A stretch of 63,012 bases of DNA from an uncultured Bacilli bacterium (GTDB lineage: Bacteria; Bacillota_I; Bacilli_A; RF39; UBA660). The notes beneath the pieces were generated by a model. That model worked only from the letters and a program-made list of their open reading frames with translations, made no database searches and was not told where the DNA came from. Below are positions 42,064 through 49,552 of this stretch, piece after piece. The stretch's first letter is position 1. Each line of letters opens with the position of its first letter. The translations under genes and the position numbers were made by a program. Where the stretch lies: positions 1 through 63,012 of the forward strand of contig CALVVB010000003.1 in NCBI GenBank assembly GCA_944363735.1, in the 5' to 3' direction.

Positions 42064-42228
42064 ATGGACCAAAAATATACCAAAGAACAGTTAGAACAAG
42101 AAGCCGATATTTTAGCAGGACAATTAATCAAATACCTATATTCTGCTAAAACTAAATCTCGGCCAGAAGTCCTAAAAAAACAAATCAAAGAAGATATTTA
42201 TAAGTTCTTATTAAATCTATTTAAATAA
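42064..42228 (+). CDS. small plus-strand protein embedded in the minus-strand early region
   Basis: 54 aa (MDQKYTKEQLEQEADILAGQLIKYL...). RBS GAAAGGAG. Extended -10 TGGTATAAT at 42035-43. Confidence 0.5.
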   Translation: MDQKYTKEQLEQEADILAGQLIKYLYSAKTKSRPEVLKKQIKEDIYKFLLNLFK

Positions 42229-42501
42229 ATGATTAATACTTTTATATTTATCTTTTACTTCTTTCAAAGCAATGTCTATTTCAGAAAACAGATTATCTAG
42301 TTCTTCTGATGTCATTGCTTTTTTTAAATTAAATGTAATATCTGAAAAGATATTAATAATGTGTTCTCTTTCTTTATCTAATTCTAATTGAAATGTAATA
42401 TCAACATCATCTAACTCTTTAGTTAGTGCCATTAGTGGATTTCCCATATATTGAATTTCAAATCCATTAGATTTTAATTCTTTAATTAATATATTTTCCA
42501 T
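42217..42501 (-). CDS. hypothetical phage protein
   Basis: 94-aa ORF. Confidence 0.5.
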   Translation of the reverse strand: MENILIKELKSNGFEIQYMGNPLMALTKELDDVDITFQLELDKEREHIINIFSDITFNLKKAMTSEELDNLFSEIDIALKEVKDKYKSINHLFK

Positions 42502-42685
42502 TACTCCATGCTCCCTTTGCCATTTTATCTATCGTATAAGTCTCAACTATTGAAATCATTTCCATTATTAGAAATAAAACTAAATCTAATAAACTGCCAA
42601 AAAATATAGAATAAATTGCAAAGCAAGTAATGACCATTGTGGTTGATAGAGAAATATACTTCATAATACTTAAAAAATATTTCAT
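42482..42685 (-). CDS. small membrane protein
   Basis: 67 aa with two TM helices. Confidence 0.45.
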   Translation of the reverse strand: MKYFLSIMKYISLSTTMVITCFAIYSIFFGSLLDLVLFLIMEMISIVETYTIDKMAKGAWSNGKYIN

Positions 42686-42686
42686 G

Positions 42687-42998
42687 CTATTTATCCTCCT
42701 TTACCAATTTCGCTAATTCTTCTAGATCAACTACTCCATTTTTAAATAATTGTTCTATCCTTTGTAACTTATTTTCTCGTTTAGTTAAAAATTTATTTAA
42801 TTCTTCCAATTTTGGACTATCTTTTACCGCTATAACTTTTGCATTAATATTATCTAAAATAATATCTACTGTCTCAGAAGATATTCTCATAGCAAAAGTT
42901 TTTGATAATGTTACCCTTACTACTTCTTTTTTACCTTCATTTTCTATTAAATCAAAACTAGTTATAAATAAATTTCCTATTTGTAAAATATAAGTCAT
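42687..42998 (-). CDS. hypothetical phage protein
   Basis: 103-aa ORF. Confidence 0.5.
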   Translation of the reverse strand: MTYILQIGNLFITSFDLIENEGKKEVVRVTLSKTFAMRISSETVDIILDNINAKVIAVKDSPKLEELNKFLTKRENKLQRIEQLFKNGVVDLEELAKLVKEDK

Positions 42999-43012
42999 TT
43001 CTTTTCCTCCTT

Positions 43013-43840
43013 CTAAAACTTAATATTTCTTATTTTTAACTCTTTTTCCTTATTAGTTAACTTTGTGTATATTCTAGTTGTTTCTAATGAATTATGCCCT
43101 AATATATCTGCTAAACCTGCTATATCATTTGGATAAGTCTCTAAATAACATTTAGCAAAATAATGTCTAAAAGCATGAGGATGTACTGCATCTTTACTTA
43201 TTCTTGCTCTTCCTGCCATTTTCTTTAATCTTCTCCAAATAGTAGAATCAGCATAAGCTTTACCAGTCTTAGGATTAAATATAATTAGTCCCTCTTTAAT
43301 TTTTCTATCTCTACAATATTTTCTTATTTCCCTTAATAAATCTAACTTTACAGGTATTTCTCTTACTTTACCTTTCTTTTTTATTTTCATAGTCTTATCT
43401 AAATCTTCAATTTTAAAAAAAGCTAACTCTGAGATACGAATACCTGTTTCTGCTAATATTCTTAAGATAATATAATTATCATATTCTTCATACTTTTTAG
43501 CTGTTCTTAATAACCTATGATAATCAGATTTACTTAAAGAGTATTCTAAAGAGAATTTCTTTTGTTGCTTTATGACTTTTACACATAAATCTTTTTTACC
43601 AATAAAATTTAAAAACTTATTAATTACAACTAAATAGTTATTAGTTGTATTAGGCAAATATTCATCTACTTGATCTAATTTCTCTTTAAACTCTATAACT
43701 GTTCTTTTAGTAAGCTCTTTATCTTTAGAAAATTCTATAAAAGCTCTTATGTTAGTTTTATACTTTTCAATTGTTTTTTCTGCTTTCTCATCTTCTTTTA
43801 AAAATAATTCAAACTCTTCTAACTTCGCTTCTAAATTCAT
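43013..43840 (-). CDS. tyrosine recombinase (XerC/D-like phage integrase family)
   Basis: 275 aa. N-terminal SAM-like domain. Catalytic residues ETGIRISEL, HPHAFRHYFA and LGHNSLETTRIY. Confidence 0.88.
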   Translation of the reverse strand: MNLEAKLEEFELFLKEDEKAEKTIEKYKTNIRAFIEFSKDKELTKRTVIEFKEKLDQVDEYLPNTTNNYLVVINKFLNFIGKKDLCVKVIKQQKKFSLEYSLSKSDYHRLLRTAKKYEEYDNYIILRILAETGIRISELAFFKIEDLDKTMKIKKKGKVREIPVKLDLLREIRKYCRDRKIKEGLIIFNPKTGKAYADSTIWRRLKKMAGRARISKDAVHPHAFRHYFAKCYLETYPNDIAGLADILGHNSLETTRIYTKLTNKEKELKIRNIKF

Positions 43841-43978
43841 TGTTTTCCCCTTTCATAAACTTTAACAATGCCAAACTCAGTAAGACAAACTCGCATTGCT
43901 AATCAACAGTAAAATACAAGAAGGGAGGCATGAAAGATAATCAAGGAGTGTTATTATTCTTACTTTTTTAATAAAAAG

Positions 43979-44227
43979 CTAATTGTTATACTTATCTATA
44001 ATTGCTTTCTCAATACCCTCTCTCAAATCAGAAACTATCGGATGAACATAATCATAATACTTTCCATCATTACCTTTTTGGCTAGGAAATGCTATAAACA
44101 TTTTATCTTTAGATTCTATTAATCTAATATTATGAATTGCCAAACTATCATCTAAAATAATAGTTGCATATCCTTTAACAGCTCCTTTTTCTTCTACTTT
44201 TTTTAAATTTACATTTGTTACTTTCAT
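43979..44227 (-). CDS. spoVG: SpoVG-family protein (phage-encoded)
   Basis: 82 aa, colinear with SpoVG. Matches include MKVTNVNLKKV, ATIILDDSLAIHNIRLIE, MFIAFPSQK..DGK and VHPI. Confidence 0.88.
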   Translation of the reverse strand: MKVTNVNLKKVEEKGAVKGYATIILDDSLAIHNIRLIESKDKMFIAFPSQKGNDGKYYDYVHPIVSDLREGIEKAIIDKYNN

Positions 44228-44739
44228 TATTTATTCTTCCTTTCTTCTCTTCTTAAATATTTTTTTGCATTTTTTTTACTAGTTAATACTTTAATTTTTT
44301 CATTAAGTTGAATAATAGATGACTGCAACTTACTCTTTTCTTCATTAATTACTGATAGTTTCTCTTTTAATTCACTATTTTCATTATTCAAATCTTTAAT
44401 ATTTTCCCTTAACTCATCATTAATTCTTAAATACTGCTCTTGCTTTTGCATAATAGCATCTAGTTCATTATTCAACTTTTTATTTTCTCTTTTAAAACCA
44501 CCTTTAGCACCATTGGCTTTTCTTAATAAGTTTTTATATTCTTTTACCTTTTCACGTAATTCTTCACGTATATTAGCAAATGATTTAATTTGTTCCTCTA
44601 AATATTCTTTATCTCTTTCAAGTCCATCTATTTTAGATTTTTTTAAATTCAAACGATTATTTAAGTTACAAATTTCTAGCTCATTATTTAAAAGTTCATC
44701 TTGCAATTCTTCATATCTCTTTTTAGTCAAAAGTTTCAT
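44227..44739 (-). CDS. coiled-coil phage protein
   Basis: 170 aa, K/E-rich heptad-like sequence. Confidence 0.5.
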   Translation of the reverse strand: MKLLTKKRYEELQDELLNNELEICNLNNRLNLKKSKIDGLERDKEYLEEQIKSFANIREELREKVKEYKNLLRKANGAKGGFKRENKKLNNELDAIMQKQEQYLRINDELRENIKDLNNENSELKEKLSVINEEKSKLQSSIIQLNEKIKVLTSKKNAKKYLRREERKNK

Positions 44740-45074
44740 AACACCTCAATTACCTCCCTCTTTTCTAATTTAAATAGCAAATTAGTTACTAGTTCTTCAA
44801 GTTGCTTATTTTTTTGCTTAAGTTGATTTATTTCTTTACGCAATTTTATATTTTCCAACAAACATTTATCATGAGTATCAAATAACCCTAACTTAAGTAA
44901 CTCTGTAGGTAACATTAAATACTTATCACTACAATATACATCATAAGTATTACCTGTTACTTCTTCTAACCTACTAACCCACTTTTCCAATTCTTTTAGT
45001 TCTTTTTCCACCTTTTTATTCCTTTCTCCATCCATTTGGTTCATTGTATTTTTTATTAGTTCCTTTAACATCAA
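44736..45074 (-). CDS. hypothetical phage protein
   Basis: 112-aa ORF. Confidence 0.5.
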   Translation of the reverse strand: MMLKELIKNTMNQMDGERNKKVEKELKELEKWVSRLEEVTGNTYDVYCSDKYLMLPTELLKLGLFDTHDKCLLENIKLRKEINQLKQKNKQLEELVTNLLFKLEKREVIEVL

Positions 45075-46278
45075 ACCTTTGATTTAGTTGATTATATTCA
45101 AGAGTAAGAATACCAGTTTGACCATTCCTATTTTTACCAATTATTACTTCGATTTCTTCTATTTCCATTTCTACACCTTTATAATAATTTTCATTATGTA
45201 GCATTAAGACTGTAGTTGCTGACTGTTCTAGTTCTCCAGTCTCTTTAAGATCACTAATCTTAGGTCTCTTATCTTTTGTGTTTTCAGAATTTCTATTAAT
45301 TTGGGCCACTAGAAAGATAGTACAGTCATAATCTAATGATATTTGTCTTAATTCTTTAACAATAGCAGTTGTCTTCTCATATAGAGACTTAGTCTTATCA
45401 TTACTTCCAATTAATCCCACATAGTCAATAAAAGCCAGTGTATGTCCTTGTTTACTCTCTTCAATAATTCTTTTTCTAATACTAGAAATAGTTTGACTTC
45501 TACTAATTACTTTAATACTTTTATTAGCAATAGCTTTACTTCCCTTAATCAGTTGTTCTTTCTGATATTCAGTCGCTGGATTATCATGATAGATAATTGG
45601 AATTTTAGTATTTATACCAACAAGTCTTTGATATACTTGTTTATCACTCATTTCCATATTAAATAAAATGCAATTATATCTATCTGATAAATCCTCAAAC
45701 AAATTTAATATAAAGCCTGTTTTGCCAATACCTGGTCTAGCAGCTACTACAACTAAATCATGCTCTTGTATATTTGCATACTTAGATAATTTTTCAAATC
45801 TAAAATTAATCCCTTTATTTTTAGAATTTATTATCTTAAATACTTCTTCCCCAGATAATCTATCTGCTGATGTTTTAATACTTAAAGCTTCGTATTTATG
45901 AATATCTGTTAATAATTCCTCTTGGGATATTTGATTGTTTTTAAACTTATCAATAACATTTAAGATTAAACTATTTACATATCTTTCAAATAGTAATTCC
46001 TGATAATAGTCAAACCTATTACCAAACGAGTTTGTCATAATATTAACCAGTTTATTAATTATTACCTCTTGATTAAATCGTTGATTAAATAAATACTTAT
46101 ATTTTTCTCCTAATGCCACTAAATCAACATTTCTAATATCTTGATACTGTTTTTTTAGAAGCTTAACTATAAATCTATTTTCAATGTTTTTAAAGCACTC
46201 ATCTGGAATAATAAGTTTAGCAATATTCTCAGGATGTAATATTAAACAACCTATTACTTCTTCTTCTAAATCTAACAT
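45016..46278 (-). CDS. DnaB-like replicative helicase
   Basis: 420 aa. Walker A ARPGIGKTGF, Walker B FIDYVG and further RecA-fold helicase motifs. Confidence 0.85.
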   Translation of the reverse strand: MLDLEEEVIGCLILHPENIAKLIIPDECFKNIENRFIVKLLKKQYQDIRNVDLVALGEKYKYLFNQRFNQEVIINKLVNIMTNSFGNRFDYYQELLFERYVNSLILNVIDKFKNNQISQEELLTDIHKYEALSIKTSADRLSGEEVFKIINSKNKGINFRFEKLSKYANIQEHDLVVVAARPGIGKTGFILNLFEDLSDRYNCILFNMEMSDKQVYQRLVGINTKIPIIYHDNPATEYQKEQLIKGSKAIANKSIKVISRSQTISSIRKRIIEESKQGHTLAFIDYVGLIGSNDKTKSLYEKTTAIVKELRQISLDYDCTIFLVAQINRNSENTKDKRPKISDLKETGELEQSATTVLMLHNENYYKGVEMEIEEIEVIIGKNRNGQTGILTLEYNQLNQRFDVKGTNKKYNEPNGWRKE

Positions 46279-46934
46279 TATTCAAGCCTCCGATAATGAC
46301 ACTCTTCACTATCTTCACTCTGCTGCTCTTTTCTTTTCTTCAATTGTTTTTTGATAGAATTAATATCTTTTAAATTAGCTTTATCCCACTCATAAAGGAT
46401 TTTATCAGTGTATTTAACATTATAAACTTGATTCAGGACTGTCTCTTTAATAGCAAGTCTTATAATTTCAGGATCATATTTCCATGAAGTAATAAATTCA
46501 ACTTCTGATGATGATAATGTCCTACCAAATTCTTTTTCAACAAAATCCAATACATTACCATTTACATTAACATTATCATTACCATTTACATTAACATTTA
46601 CATTTACATTAGGTTTTTTATTTTGAAACCCTTGGTTTTCACTTTCAAAACCAGTGGTTTTTTTATAGTTTTCTTCATAGTTATTAGGTAGGTTATTATC
46701 ATCTTTTTTAGATGGCCTACCACCCTTTTTACCATCTTTTTTTCTTTTAGTGTTGGCATCTAATTGTGGTTTTGCCATTATAAACAATGATTCTAATTCT
46801 TCATCTAAATCAGGCTCAATACCAGTCAAAGCATAATCAATTATTGCCTCATAAAATGCTAACCTTTTATCATCACTCTTCTTTTTTACTGCTTTTCTAA
46901 AACTATCATAAAAAACAAAACTATCTTGTATCAT
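46278..46934 (-). CDS. phage replisome organizer / DnaD-domain replication initiator
   Basis: 218 aa. Replisome-organizer-like N-terminus, an Asn/Val hexapeptide-repeat linker, and a C-terminal DnaD-like FGRTLSSSEVEFITSW. Confidence 0.75.
   Translation of the reverse strand: MIQDSFVFYDSFRKAVKKKSDDKRLAFYEAIIDYALTGIEPDLDEELESLFIMAKPQLDANTKRKKDGKKGGRPSKKDDNNLPNNYEENYKKTTGFESENQGFQNKKPNVNVNVNVNGNDNVNVNGNVLDFVEKEFGRTLSSSEVEFITSWKYDPEIIRLAIKETVLNQVYNVKYTDKILYEWDKANLKDINSIKKQLKKRKEQQSEDSEECHYRRLE
46551..46610. repeat. ten tandem hexamers (NNCATT; minus strand AATGNN) inside the replisome-organizer gene
   Basis: TACATT ACCATT TACATT AACATT ATCATT ACCATT TACATT AACATT TACATT TACATT. Encodes NVNVNVNGNDNVNVNGNV. 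Confidence 0.9.
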
Positions 46935-46949
46935 ACTAGCCCTCCTGAA

Positions 46950-47144
46950 TTACTTATTTATCATATAATTTCTAACCTCATAATAAGTACACAATGATCC
47001 TTTTTCTTGGTCACACATAGCAGCATAATTATCAAAAGAACTAGAACTATCACGTATTAAGTTAGCAATAATAATTGCTATAATAATTCCAAATAATATT
47101 AATAATGTTAATTTAAACCATTTTCTTAATCTTGCTTTTCTCAT
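46950..47144 (-). CDS. small membrane protein
   Basis: 64 aa with one TM helix. Confidence 0.45.
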   Translation of the reverse strand: MRKARLRKWFKLTLLILFGIIIAIIIANLIRDSSSSFDNYAAMCDQEKGSLCTYYEVRNYMINK

Positions 47145-47260
47145 ATTTTTACATTTATGACATTTTGTGATAAAATAAAGTTGTTAATTTATTTAACAGA
47201 AGATTAATTGCTGACTGGCTTTAATCTTTCTTTTTTTATCTGATGCCATAATCTCCTTCC

Positions 47261-47371
47261 CTATTCATTACTATTTTCAATTTTAGCTACAATTTCTACA
47301 CCATATTTATCAGTTAATATTTCTGCTAAGACTTGCCAGAGTCTTAATTCTAAGTCGCTAGGTAAATTCAT
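47261..47371 (-). CDS. possible 36-aa early protein
   Basis: MNLPSDLELRLWQVLAEILTDKYGVEIVAKIENSNE, behind a strong RBS TAGGAGGTA. Below the track cutoff. Confidence 0.3.
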   Translation of the reverse strand: MNLPSDLELRLWQVLAEILTDKYGVEIVAKIENSNE

Positions 47372-47460
47372 ATTTATACCTCCTATTAAATTTTATTCGA
47401 CTTATTTTTTATAAGTACGTAGTGGATATTAATTTCATTTTTCATATCGACATAAAACTT

Positions 47461-47703
47461 TTATGACTCTTTTCTTTGCGTTTTCGCAAGAACTCGATTA
47501 AAAAAAATAAACAAATCTATATTATATGGCTTTAATAATTGCTCTATTTTGGATAAATTCATATCTTTTAATCCTATCTCATACTTACTAATAGTACTTG
47601 TTGCAACACCAGTTTTTATAGCAAGTTCTTCTTGTGAATCACCATTCTCGATTCTAACTATTTTTAATTCTGAACCTACTATTTTTAAAAAATCTGCTTT
47701 CAT
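47461..47703 (-). CDS. Cro-like XRE-family HTH regulator
   Basis: 80 aa. HTH SQEELAIKTGVATSTISKYEIG. Divergent from the cI-like gene and the first gene of the leftward early operon. Confidence 0.75.
   Translation of the reverse strand: MKADFLKIVGSELKIVRIENGDSQEELAIKTGVATSTISKYEIGLKDMNLSKIEQLLKPYNIDLFIFFNRVLAKTQRKES
47476..47489. promoter_or_regulatory. operator-like 14-bp dyad TTGCGTTTTCGCAA (O3)
   Basis: Same TTGCG-N3/4-TCGCAA dyad as the sites in the divergent promoter region. Lies in the 3' end of the cro-like ORF. Confidence 0.4.
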
Positions 47704-47732
47704 TTTCTACCTCCTTACAATTAGAGTTTACT

Positions 47733-47746
47733 ATGCTTTTTCGCAA
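47733..47746. promoter_or_regulatory. operator-like site ATGCTTTTTCGCAA (O1) inside the cro-side promoter
   Basis: 12/14 match to O3. Sits between the minus-strand -35 TTGACA (47748-53) and the -10 TAAACT. Confidence 0.4.
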
Positions 47747-47761
47747 ATGTCAACAAAAATA

Positions 47762-47775
47762 TTGCGAAATCGCAA
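47762..47775. promoter_or_regulatory. operator-like dyad TTGCGAAATCGCAA (O2) overlapping the -35 of the cI-side promoter
   Basis: TTGCGA (47762-67), 17 nt, TATTAT (47785-90), upstream of RBS AAAGGAGGAG/ATG at 47814. Confidence 0.45.
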
Positions 47776-47813
47776 AAAAAGTTGTATTATGATTTTATGA
47801 AAGGAGGAGAATC

Positions 47814-48158
47814 ATGAACTTCTTTTCTAAAAATCTAGAATATTTAAGAAAACAAAAAGGTCTGTCAAGAGCAGAATTATCAAAAAAATTAAATGTAAAT
47901 CAGTCAACTATATCTCGTTGGGAAAATGGAGATATGGGAGTAACTGTTGACAATGCTTATGATGTTGCCAATTTCTTTAACATTTCAATTTCTGATTTAA
48001 CAGGAAAAGATATTACTAATTCAAAAAATAGTTTTGACGAATTAGAACTGCTTTTTGATAAAAATAAAGATATATTAACTGATGAAGATAAAGAATATAT
48101 GAAATTTATAATAGAAAAAAGGAAAAGAGAAATTGATAAACAGTTAGGAGATGAATAA
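47814..48158 (+). CDS. CI-like XRE-family repressor
   Basis: 114 aa. HTH SRAELSKKLNVNQSTISRWENG. First gene of the rightward lysogeny operon. Confidence 0.8.
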   Translation: MNFFSKNLEYLRKQKGLSRAELSKKLNVNQSTISRWENGDMGVTVDNAYDVANFFNISISDLTGKDITNSKNSFDELELLFDKNKDILTDEDKEYMKFIIEKRKREIDKQLGDE

Positions 48159-48478
48159 TGAAAAAAACAACTTTACTAATTGTACTATTAATAATTATTA
48201 TTTTAGTTTTATCTGTAATCGTAGTCATCCAATTTAATAGTAATAATAAACTAAATAATACAATTAACTTGCTAATTGATGATAATTTTGTTGAAGCCGA
48301 AAAATATATAAAAAATAATAACTTATATAAAAATATTGATTATGATTTATTAGTAAAAAAAATAAATAATCAACCAACTGCAAGATTAGACTCAAATTCT
48401 AAAACTGGCAAAGTTATAGACTGGTATGATGAATATACTTGCAAACGTTTTATTAATGATTATGATATATGCAATTAA
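48158..48478 (+). CDS. membrane-anchored lysogeny-module protein
   Basis: 106 aa. N-terminal TM LLIVLLIIIILVLSVIVVI. ATGA overlap with the repressor gene. Confidence 0.55.
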   Translation: MKKTTLLIVLLIIIILVLSVIVVIQFNSNNKLNNTINLLIDDNFVEAEKYIKNNNLYKNIDYDLLVKKINNQPTARLDSNSKTGKVIDWYDEYTCKRFINDYDICN

Positions 48479-48500
48479 AAGTATGCTAGTATAGGTACTT
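48475..48500 (+). repeat. 26-bp direct repeat copy 1: TTAAAAGTATGCTAGTATAGGTACTT
   Basis: Starts at the stop codon of 48158-48478. 25/26 identical to 48837-48862. Confidence 0.9.
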
Positions 48501-48522
48501 AATAAAAAGGGGAAATGAAACA

Positions 48523-48840
48523 ATGAATTTACATAATTTATTAAGTGGAGAAATAACACAAAAAGAATTATTAAATTATTATAATGCTAATATTACTTAT
48601 ATAAGATTACCAAAATATATAAATGGTTGTGTGTTTCCTTACAAAGGTATTAACAATATTTATATAAACGAAAGTTTATCTTATTATAAAAAGAAAAAAA
48701 CTATAATACACGAACTAGCACATATAGAGTTAAATCATTTATATCAAATAGATAAAGAAATATATTATAAAAAAGATAAATATGAAGATGAAGCAGATAA
48801 ATATATAGACTTTCTTTTAAATAATATTAAACACGTTTAA
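48523..48840 (+). CDS. ImmA/IrrE-like zinc metallopeptidase (short)
   Basis: 105 aa with HEXXH (IIHELAHIELNH). Located in the repressor operon. Confidence 0.55.
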   Translation: MNLHNLLSGEITQKELLNYYNANITYIRLPKYINGCVFPYKGINNIYINESLSYYKKKKTIIHELAHIELNHLYQIDKEIYYKKDKYEDEADKYIDFLLNNIKHV

Positions 48841-48862
48841 AAGTATGCTAGTATAGGTGCTT
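48837..48862 (+). repeat. 26-bp direct repeat copy 2: TTAAAAGTATGCTAGTATAGGTGCTT
   Basis: Starts at the stop codon of 48523-48840 and precedes the Ltp-like gene RBS. Confidence 0.9.
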
Positions 48863-48900
48863 TTAATATAAATTTTATCGCAGTAAAGGAGGTGTAAATC

Positions 48901-49413
48901 ATGGAAGTAGAAAAAAAGAAAATGCCAAAATGGGCAATTGTAGTTATTATAGTAGTAGTTATTTGTATAATTGGTGGATTAACTGGTGGAAATAATAGTA
49001 ATCTTTCAAATAATAGTAATGATAACAATAATCAAGAAGAACAACAAACTGATAAAGTAACAGAAACAATAGAAGAAAATGAAGATACTCAAACTGTTGA
49101 AGAAACTATACCAACTGAATATAGAAATGCTTTAAATCAAGCTGATACCTATGCTAATGTTATGCACATGTCTAAACAAGGAATATATGATCAACTAACT
49201 TCTAAATATGGAGGACAATTTGAAGCAGATGCAGCCCAATATGCAATAGATAATGTTCAAGCCGACTGGAATGCTAATGCACTTGCTAAAGCTAAAGATT
49301 ATCAAGATACAATGAGTATGTCCAAAAATGCAATATATGATCAATTAGTTTCAGAATATGGAGAACAATTTACTGCTGAAGAAGCACAATATGCTATTGA
49401 TAATTTAAATTAA
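48901..49413 (+). CDS. Ltp-family surface protein (superinfection-exclusion type), two Ltp repeats
   Basis: 170 aa. N-terminal membrane anchor. Duplicated ~45-aa repeat (ALNQADTYANVMHMSKQGIYDQLTSKYGGQFEADAAQYAIDN / ALAKAKDYQDTMSMSKNAIYDQLVSEYGEQFTAEEAQYAIDN). Confidence 0.85.
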   Translation: MEVEKKKMPKWAIVVIIVVVICIIGGLTGGNNSNLSNNSNDNNNQEEQQTDKVTETIEENEDTQTVEETIPTEYRNALNQADTYANVMHMSKQGIYDQLTSKYGGQFEADAAQYAIDNVQADWNANALAKAKDYQDTMSMSKNAIYDQLVSEYGEQFTAEEAQYAIDNLN

Positions 49414-49552
49414 AAAAAGACCTCGTACTGGCATACGAGATCAAAACAGAAAATATTTCAATACCCACTACGATAAGAAATTTTTTTCTGCTATTTAATT
49501 ATAGCATTAAAATCTTTTCTTATCAATAAAATTAAAGAAAGGAAGTGCTATA

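Noticed and set aside
49414-49552. A sigma-E-like -10 (CATACGAGAT at about 49432-49441) upstream of the serine recombinase, as evidence for sporulation-specific recombinase expression.
   Set aside because: There is no acceptable -35 (ATATT-type) at the right spacing. The motif also lies inside the CTCGTA/TACGAG hairpin that more likely terminates the Ltp gene. Recombinase regulation is therefore left open.
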